Assembly: GCA_047495785.1 (NCBI GenBank)
Contig: JBLDXI010000034.1
Coordinates: 1,302,001-1,366,000, forward strand
Direction of reading: 5' to 3'
Source: Lepidodermella squamata
Taxonomy: Eukaryota; Animalia; Gastrotricha
Length of the DNA stretch: 64,000 bases
Under the pieces are notes generated by a model that was not told where the DNA came from, ran no database searches, and saw only the letters and a list, made by a program, of their open reading frames with translations. Numbering within the stretch: the stretch's first letter is position 1; the number at the start of each line of letters is the position of its first letter. Position numbers and translations under genes: made by a program. This document shows positions 54,948 to 64,000 of this stretch, piece after piece.

Positions 54948-57588
54948 TTAAGAATGGATGTCCAGATGCTTGTGACATGGTGAATCGCTGCTCCGGCTTC
55001 TCCCTCATCAAATTGATCAGCAAGTCATCCAAGTTTTCCGCATCGCGATAGCCAAATTCCGATGCCTTTTTTGGTGACTTGAACTAAGCAATTTCTTGCA
55101 ATCAAACACAAGATTTTTATAAAAAATAAGAGTTCCAACCTCCATGTCGAGAGAAACAAGCTCATAAATTGTAGCTCCCAGCGACCAATTATCACATTTC
55201 AAAGTATAAATTGAACCAGTCGCAAATTCCGGTGCAAAGTAAGCAAGAGTGCCAGCCAATGTATCAGTGACCCTTTCGTAGATCGTAGACAATAATTCAC
55301 ATGCTATTGTAATCTGAATGCAAGCGGCTTACTCAGTTTTATCTTTCGCCAGCCCAAAATCTCCCAGCTTGATCACGCGGCGTCTCGAACAAAGAAAGAT
55401 ATTCTGATAGATTGAATATGAAAACAGTAATAAGATGGAAATGAAGCGAATTGAATGAAACGATTACGGAAAAGGTTAAAATCTAGTTATCCAATTTTCT
55501 TATCCTCTTTGATGCTAACAATCCGATTAGCGCTATTCCACAGACGGAAACAACTTGCACATGCTCATACTTCTCAAAGGGGCTATAAATGTTGTAAAAA
55601 ATGTAATTTCGGAGATCTATACTATGTACAATCTATTATTGGCCGGTTACCCTTTTCCTTTCTTTCAGGGTTATAGGTAATTGAATCTTTGCTGCACAGT
55701 ATTTAAAATGAAAACTTCTCGAACTTACATCAGGCTTGATGTCCCGATGCACCAGGTTGCGTTTGTGAACAAAGTTGAGCGCATTTATCATCTGCTTCGA
55801 CCAAGATTGAATTGTCAGCATCGAGAATCGCTCATTTTTCGCCCTCATCTCATTGATGGCATCTCGCAACGACCCGTCCTCGCAGTATTCCATAATAATG
55901 TAAAAAACAGGCCCATCCACGCTATTTTCTGAAATACAAGACAATATTTTTCAGACCAGGTCGCGTCATGGGGGCCGAGGTTAATAGCTTTCAAAATTAA
56001 ATTAAAAACATAATACGGGTCCTCCTGTACCGGAACCAAATTAGCTGTAAGCGGAACTAAATTTCGCAATATTTTTTGGGCCTGAGACCACTTTTCAGAA
56101 TATCCAGAGATATTAAAATAGACCATCGTATAATTTTATATACATTATTTTAAATTTCAGCGTGAAAGTCTGTGCAAGACGTAGCATTCACTATAGAAAT
56201 CATTCGTTGCCAAAAATTCTTAGAATTTTTCGGAAATCAACATTTAACTGCACCAAATTTCAAATCAAAAGCTGGCACCTAACACAAATGATCAAAAGAG
56301 CAACTTTTCGAATATTTTTTCTATACCGATGATTAGGAACTGGGGTTAGGGGGCTAGGGCGGTTAGAACTAGAATTAGGTCGATTTTCGAGCTTTTCCCA
56401 ATATCAATTTTAGGGCCCTTGTACTTCACCAAAAACTATTTTATTTTCAAGTGGAAAAATGGCTACGCGTTTTCGTAACCTCGTTTTTCGTTTGTAAAAA
56501 CCGAAAATTTAACAATTTCAAAATTCAGATCACTGGTAAAAACGTTGAGCGAATTATTCTAAAATGAATAAACTTTAGCTTATCGACAGAACTACAATCG
56601 CTTCTAATTGAATCCTGAATCTCTACGAATGACTGTGCATAAAACTGGGTGAATTTTATAGGTCAAATTTTAACGAATTTTAGGCAGGATTCTATATTCT
56701 AAGGTCTAAAATGTGGCTATTTGTAATTTGGCCCTTTTACCTTCCTTTACCTATAAGCCAGTTGGAGCATGCCTGTTTTTCGCCGTTTCGGTCTGCGTGA
56801 CAATCGGCATTGTTTGTTCCCATGATTCCTCAAATTTTAAGCAGACGTTCAGTTTATTTTGTTTATTTTGTAAGGCAAATTTTGCCCTGAAATCGTGCCG
56901 CGAGCCTAAATTTTTATTGCCCATTTGTCATTTGACACGTCCATTATGTGACCACTTTTTAGGCGGGAAACGACGCCTTCTCCTATTGGTTCATTCAAAT
57001 ACTACGCGGGCGATTCAAATAGTTGTTTTTTGTGGAAAATGATCGTTTTTACAACAATTGGCACGCGTTTTTCGATAAAATAGCGCCATTTAGCGCTAAA
57101 TTGTTGCCAAGCCTATTTTTTCTAATGAAAAAGTGATCATTTGAATCGCCCGCGTAGTATTTGAATTAACCAATAGGAGAAGGCGTCGTTTCCCGCCTAA
57201 AAAGTGGTCACATAATGTCAATTTTTAAAATAATCCTATTGATAAAATTTCCAATAAAGCTAACCTTCGAAAGACTCGATCACCGAGACAATGTTCTTGC
57301 ATTCAACGTGTTGCATGTTCTCAGCCTGAAATGTGTTTAAAGAGCAGCATAAATAAGCAAAAGAGAAGCGTAAAAGTCAACCTCTTTCTGTGCCATTTTC
57401 CACACTTTCTCGCAAAGATTAGGACGTCCCAATGTCAACGCAGCTATCGCAGACTTGTAAACGCGCTTCGCGGCAAAAATCGTATCGTCGGCGTCTATTT
57501 TCTTGCAACGGAATACATCGCCGAAACCACCCGATTTTATACGATCGATGGAGTGATACTTTCCGGAACCTCGCCAAATTCCCGCCAT
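54948..57588 (-). CDS. Ser/Thr protein kinase domain (NEK-like), about 6 exons
   Basis: SGGFGDVF, AAKR, KE, IIMEYCEDGSL, HRDIKPD|NIFL, KLGDFGLAK, GTLAYFAPE, CDNWSLG and PEQRFT...HPFL. Confidence 0.85.
56942..57217. mobile_element. MITE-like element in a kinase intron
   Basis: About 79-bp near-perfect terminal inverted repeats (56942-57020 and 57140-57217), 276 bp total, non-coding. Confidence 0.8.
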
Positions 57589-58861
57589 TGCAACGTCGCT
57601 GCAGTGCCCACGGTTACCCAATATTTCAGTAATAATAATATCGTCTATCATAATATAATATTAGGTCCTAAACTTCGACGAACGCCTTTTTCAATTTTTA
57701 AAATTCAGTTCGCTCGTAAAAAATGCAAAGAAATTTGCCTGAGGAATCTTGATCGACAGGTAAATTGTGGAGATTTTAGGAGCTCACCTTGATTTTTGAA
57801 GATATGTGAAGCAACCTGTAAATTTGGACATTTTCCCTAAGATTTGGACACATTATTGAACACGCATATGCTAATTAGACCATATTAAATAATAAGTTAT
57901 ATTAATTACTGACTCGTCTCATTGAGAGGGAAATTCTGATAATGTTAAGGCCTAATCATAAAATCAAGGTGAAATAAAAAAATTTCGAAAAAGTAGAAAG
58001 AAATCACAAGGTTTTTATTTTGATGCTGACCAAAATGATACATTTTCATGCAAAACTATAAGGAATTTTTCAAGACATTTTCAAGCTTAAAATTCTCGAT
58101 GAAAAATAATCAATGAGAAAAATATTGAGGCGAACATGCGATCAGCGATTTCAAGGAAAATTTGCATTTATTGGAAAAATTCTTTGTACTAATATATAGG
58201 TTTTGCATATCGAATATCAGCGCTTAAATATTAGGTTCACCCTTAAACACAATATAAAACAAAATAAGTCATCAAACCGCAATCGCAAATAATGAGCTCC
58301 AATCTCACAAATGCGCACAAATAGCCAAATGAAGAGGCAGAAACAAAAGACTTTTGACTTGTCACCTATATCACCTTGAAATGGATGTAAACAAGCCTAA
58401 ATCCGAGTTATAGATTTACGCTAACGATTTATATAGATTTATAGCGATGATTTTTAGATCGAAATCGGTGAATATTTAGCGAACTTCTCAACTTGGATCG
58501 AAATTCCTCAGGTTGATTCAAAATTAAAAAGCAGAATGAAAGCGAGAGAATAAGCAAGGCTATATCGTAGCATCGTTTTTCAGTAATTTAAAAGTAGTAA
58601 AAGTATAAGAAATTGGCACACGTGTGTAAGCAGCAGAGCACGCGCCAATCAAGCTGGATCAAGTTGACGTATGAAATTATTGTTCTAACATGTCAGCATC
58701 CGTAGTGACAAGTCGACTTTCGATGAGAAATTATGAAAAATTGCCAGCCACAATATTAAAAGAAATTGAAATTTCGGGGAAAAAACCGGAGAGAGCCAGG
58801 GAATGGAACCATCACGACAAAGGGTTCACAACAACAAAAAATGGCGTATTCATATTGAATT

Positions 58862-60208
58862 TTAATGCGAAAAATTGGGCATTTTCAAGCCTAAAAACCA
58901 ATAATCAATTGAAAAATGTTTCGCGACAACACGATCCAACGCCTTCCTAGCTTCCAAGTCCAAGTAAGCCGCACCTTTCGTATTAGTATCAAACTGATAT
59001 CGATCGGTTCCAGCTCCTGGCTTGCCTGACGGCTCCGGTAACCTCGGCACTTTTTTCCTGCCAGTAATTTGCCTGGCAAAATATTCCAAATCGCACGCTA
59101 GATTGTCGAAATGGCCAACAAAGTCGTAGTCGATAGCGCAGAAATGGCACAGATACAATTGACCTCGCCAATGAGCTTCCAGCTCGCGTGGGTAATTTTC
59201 GGTATTCAAATACTTGATGAAATCGTCGAGTCGAACTGGCAGGCCGATGTCGATTTCTGACTTCGAGGCATTCCTCCATATTCTTTGCCGCACCTCTGAA
59301 CCAACTATCTTAAAAATTGAATTTTTAATAATACTTATTCGAAAGCTACCGAAAATTGAAAATTTTCGAAATACCTTGTAGTGATCTCGCCAAATGCCGT
59401 CTGATTCAGACGTGGACAACTTTTCACGCCATGATGATACGACACGCTCGACTGGGTCGCGGATGAATGCGATTTTCTTGTAAGTCGCCATGATTTTTTT
59501 AGCCTCTTTCACTGAGTATTCGGTCAAGCGTCGCGAGTGTTTAAGACCCGATCCGAGCCGATGAATTTGCAGCATTTCAGATCGGTTGTACGGGTACGAT
59601 TCCAGCTCAGAATTTTCACTCAGGTGATTCAGGTAAAGCCGGACGTTAGTATTACCGACCTTCGGAGTCCTTAAGTCAACAAGATAAATTTTTGAAATAA
59701 TTCGAAAACGAAAAATCATTCAAATTTACGCGCAGTAAACAAGTTTGTATTTGTCATTTATCGCCAGATCGTTCCACCAAAAATCGGGCAAGCTGATATT
59801 TGAAATTAAAAATTAATTTAAATATTTTTGAAATTTCACAAAGCATACTAGCAATTTGAAGTGATGTTGTTAGCGGCTGCCCAAGAGAAAAATCGCCATT
59901 CCGGAGTTTTTAGCGGCTGGTAAAGGTCGCCTCGCCGCTCAATTTTCTCGCAAATTTCCTTCATCCTTCGAATTCGAGCCTTCGACCGACTAGCTATCAC
60001 TTCATCAGGCTACTGATGTGAATTTGAAATTTGTTGCTGAATATTTGAAAAAACTGACCTCACATCGTTGATGCGAGAAAGTATCGCTGGACAATTGCAC
60101 TTCGATTTTTGCCGATAAATCGATGTGAAGAGCCAATAAAACACCAATAATAAAGGCGAGCAATAATCTTAAATTCGCGAGAATTTTATTAGGATGACCT
60201 AGACTCAT
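58862..60208 (-). CDS. Golgi carbohydrate sulfotransferase (Sulfotransfer_2, CHST8-14-like)
   Basis: TM anchor, 5'-PSB PKVGNTN, 3'-PB FIRDPVERVVSSWREK, and HWRGQ...CHFCAIDYDFVG. Confidence 0.82.
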
Positions 60209-60267
60209 TTTTATGAATAGAAAAATACCTATATAATAAAGAACAGGCAAATTTTACGGAATTATTA

Positions 60268-61620
60268 TTAGACTTTATTTTTCTTCGATTTGTCATTTTC
60301 TAGGTTAAAATAGGGCCGGTCATAGCCAAGAAGCCAGTAGTCAGTTTCGTAATGCTGCCGAATAATTTGATCAACTAAAATCACCTTCGTTTTATTTCGC
60401 CGATTTTCAATAATCGATTTTACGAGTTTGTAATCGCTTCTGTTGTTGGGAAATCGATTTAGGGAGCTTCGATTGCCAATAATTCGCGTGACGTAGTCAA
60501 ATTCACAGTCCAAATTTTCGTGGAGACCAATAAAGTTGTAATTAATGGCGCAAAAGTGGCACGAGTCGAGCTGTGGCCGTAAATTGGTGTCGAGTCCCTT
60601 CGATGGCTGATCGACCGCCATGTATCGCAAAAAATCGATCAGATCGATAGGCAACAGCTGCTTAGTTTCGTTCGGTTTGTTCGATTTCGCCAAAATAATC
60701 CCGCCGAGGTCCTAATAAATATTTGGATTTGGATTAAAGATTAATTTGGATTTAGATTTTTCATCTCAATTTTTTCTTGAGGTTCTAAGATTTTTCAAAT
60801 TTATTATTCCAAGTGATTGACCTACCTTAAACGACTGCTGATCGGTAGCATTTTCTGACAGATGATCGCGCCAAAAAGTCAGCATACGTTCCAATGGATC
60901 GCGAATGAAGGCAACTTTTTTGAAATTTTCCATCATCCATTTTGCTTTGTCAGCTTTGAAATCATTCAAGCGGAACAGTTGGTAATTTCTCTCGCCTGAT
61001 CTCGTTGGACCTAGTTTTCGCTGATCAAAATCGGATAAAAAGGAGAGGATCCCTTCATTGATAACCGAAGGTGACCTAATAAAATATCCTGATTGAGATT
61101 GATTTATAGGATTATTTTCATAATTACCCGCAAAAAATGAGCTGCAGATTTTCGAAGACATACAAATTCTCCCACCAGGATCTAAAAGGATAATATTTTA
61201 TGAAAATATGAGTAAAATAAACGAAAGCCTACAAGACGCTTGTTGATGATTGACCAAAGTTGTCCCAATCTAGGTCGAAAATCGGCGTCTTATCAAAAGT
61301 TCGATTTTCACTCGCGATTACATCGCAAATTCGCCTTGTTCTACTCTGCCGGTACGCATTGTGTGGTTTCAAGCTTGCATCTTCCTAGAAAATTCAAAAA
61401 TTATCACGTATCTTTGAAATTTACAACCGAAATAATGACACACTGGGCATAAATTTGAAGCGTCGAAAGCAGCTGATTCGATCGATGTTAATTTGAGTTT
61501 TTCACTTGAAAAATCGTCTAGTGATTTTTCAAAATTTCTCAGGCTAAGCGCTACGATGAAACCGAATGAAAGCGAGAAAGTAAGCTTGGCTATTTCATAA
61601 TATTGTTTTTTCACTGTCAT
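60268..61620 (-). CDS. Divergent carbohydrate sulfotransferase paralogue
   Basis: TM anchor, FIRDPLER, PQ..SCHFCAINYNFIG and DYWLLGY. The 5'-PSB region is degenerate. Confidence 0.72.
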
Positions 61621-63813
61621 TTAGCAATGTTTTCAGGCCAGAAATGTGTTCAGCCTTAAAAAGATGAATGAAAAAGTTGCACCAATATAAAGTGTTCAAG
61701 AAGTAGAGCACGTGCCAATGCGATACACCAGAAAAAAAATCACTCACCCTACTAGTCCGATTTTCTATCAGCCATCACCCTTATTAGGGAATCGGGAAAT
61801 CGGATTTTTTTAGCATTTGAAATCCCGTCAATTAGGGCATAGGAGTATCCTATGTCACCTATGTTCACCGTCCTATGTCAGCTTCCTAAGACTTGCATGC
61901 TTTCGGTGGAGGATTTACGGTGATATTTATTTTCTGGTCTACGGTCAAAAAATAGCTATGAAACGAAATAAACAGTGAGCCTGTTGAAACTTGGCATCTG
62001 AGTTGGCGAAATACCATGAATACGTATGGCAGAATGTGGACGACACTTCTTTGATCTTTGCTTATAGAACTGGACATAGAAATGCTTATCCATAGCTCTA
62101 GGAAAGTGCTTCGTACGTTAACTAAGATAACGCAAATGCATCTGCGTTTATTTCTTATGAAACACGATCAGGTATCGCATTGGCTCCCTGTTGCCCGAAG
62201 ACATAGAAATGAGACTGGTGAAATGTTTAAAGAGACAACAAGTGAAGAATATACCCAACAGGCAAAACAAAAATATCTACTGGCTATATAGGTGCCGTTG
62301 GACAATTACTTTATTGTCCCTGATTACGGAGAGAACAATTTCTTGAAGTAGAGATTATCAAATATGCCACTTGACAATGGGATCAAAAGAATCCGTAGAA
62401 ATTTGCTCCAACCGGGTAAAATACCATCTCACGTATTGCATTTTGAATGTATAATCTTCCGTGAATCAATTTTTTCCTTACAGCGCTGTTTCATGCTTCA
62501 CTGGAGTAGCCTCGAGAAAGGGAAGGGAGTTACGAGACAGCGATTGAAATGTAGGCCACCGCTGTATAGGGCGCTGGAAATAACAGTTTTTCAGCAGGTT
62601 TTTAAATAAACCGGACTCTCAAGGTCGGAGTAACTTTTGAGGTCCCATTTGTATACTAATGCTTCTTAATGCATAATTCCTCAAATTATGTCTCACCTGA
62701 AGGTGATGGCTGTAAAGAATAGAAGAGAAACCTACTTGACAAATTATCAATCAGTATTTTGAAACTTTATTATGATGGTGGATGCTCTGTTTTGCATGGT
62801 TTTTGCGCGTTCTGTCATAATCCGGACTTTTTCACCTTTAAAACGGCCAAAAATGCATATGGTTCGAATTACGAAAATTCCGGATAATGCAATGTTTCTA
62901 TATGTAAAGTAAGCGATTTCGGCATGAGCCACCTGAAATTACGCGAATTTCAGCCTCCACAAGTTCGAACTAAACCTACTGTAGGTGTAAGAGAATGCAA
63001 CACACCCATCAATGGAGTATAATTTCACGCAATCGGGCAAGCTCGAACTTTTGACTTTCTACATCTACATCGCGATGCTCAAACCCAAGCCTCACAAGTT
63101 TTATAATTTGGCAATACGCAATGAAACCTAATGAATACAGCTTGTCTTACTGAATGAAGTAGGGGAACGTTAAAACCTCTGTTTATTTGACAGAGCTATC
63201 CGTATAGCTAATTTATGACTGTTTCCTTTAATTAATTAATGAGTTATGCATGAGAGTATACGTCATACATCATTGCGTTACAGTTTTTATTCCTAAACCT
63301 AGTGGCTGACTCATTCGCTGGAGTTCTGTCCCATCAGAACTGCCGCTATGTCCAAGCCATGTGACGTAGATATCGATGTCACATGGTCCAAGCAGGTGTA
63401 TCTATGCGTTGTCAAGTTTTCGATCGTAACCATGAGCGGAATATGAATTATTATCACTTCATTCCTAGCTGTTTTTCATGGTTGCAATCGAGCTTATATT
63501 TTAACGTACATTACATATTCGTCTTTTCATTCGCTAGTCGCGAAAAAACAGCGTAATTTTCCAATGTGCAAACAAAGTAATTTGCCTTAAGGCAGGTGAA
63601 AAATGTTCCCGGGGAGGAAAAGTATAAAGCTTCATTCGCATTCATTATCAAGCATTTTCCTTTTGAAGGTTCCAACATTTTCGGTCTTATTCTCAAATCT
63701 TTGAGACAAGATGCTACGATACGCTGCATTGGCACTTCTGGTAAGATGTCTACCTTTAAAGTGAGCATGTTCTATTTCAAAACATTTCTCATAAGGTCGC
63801 CAACATTTTCGGC

Positions 63814-63996
63814 GAAGTTCCATCTGAGCAGAGCCGCCTGAGCGCTGAAGGCATGCGCGATAACGAGTCAATGAGACCTGTCACTGTGCCACCTCCACCA
63901 CCGACTATCGCTTGGAAATACAGGACGGGAAATTGCCGCGAGGTTGAAGTTCCATCCGAGCAGAGCCGCCTGAGCGGTGCAGGCATGCGCGACATC
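63814..63996 (+). repeat. 51-bp direct repeat at 132-bp period, probably within a coding exon running off the window
   Basis: GAAGTTCCATC(T/C)GAGCAGAGCCGCCTGAGCG... at 63814 and 63946. The plus-strand frame is open and gives EVPSEQSRLS..GMRD twice. Confidence 0.6.
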
Positions 63997-64000
63997 AAAC

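Noticed and set aside
61880-62940. Degenerate membrane-protein or transposase-like coding remnant
   Set aside because: Short hydrophobic fragments broken by stops; I could not identify a diagnostic motif.

Overview
Gene-dense eukaryotic (metazoan-like) DNA with mostly short (about 50-60 bp) GT-AG introns. The first quarter (299-15908) is a Polinton/Maverick-derived element folded into one giant palindrome. Two apparently identical 7.73-kb arms (296-8029 and 8178-15911; mirror coordinates sum to 16207) surround a 148-bp unique spacer. Each arm has an AGTAGT terminus, subterminal 63-bp tandem repeats, and genes for dUTPase, deoxynucleoside kinase, a TRAF-type RING protein, a PC4-like ssDNA-binding protein and a protein-primed family B DNA polymerase. 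The polymerase is split by 10 short spliceosomal introns and truncated at the fold-back point. I see no integrase, ATPase, protease or capsid gene. There is no target-site duplication, and the two ends interrupt exons of two different host genes. This is either a snap-back/defective Polinton genome or a fold-back/misjoin assembly artefact; only raw reads or PCR can decide. The rest is host DNA: tandem ALDH paralogues, tandem PTTG1IP-like genes, SMC3 (with Gln at the second acetylation lysine), RABL3 with a Copia remnant in an intron, a TRMT9B-like methyltransferase, a six-domain thyroglobulin-type-1 polyprotein, glutaminase, two glycosyltransferases, a probable kinase-GTPase fusion, two sulfotransferases and two MITE-like elements. 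All exon/intron calls were made by eye and no database search was run.
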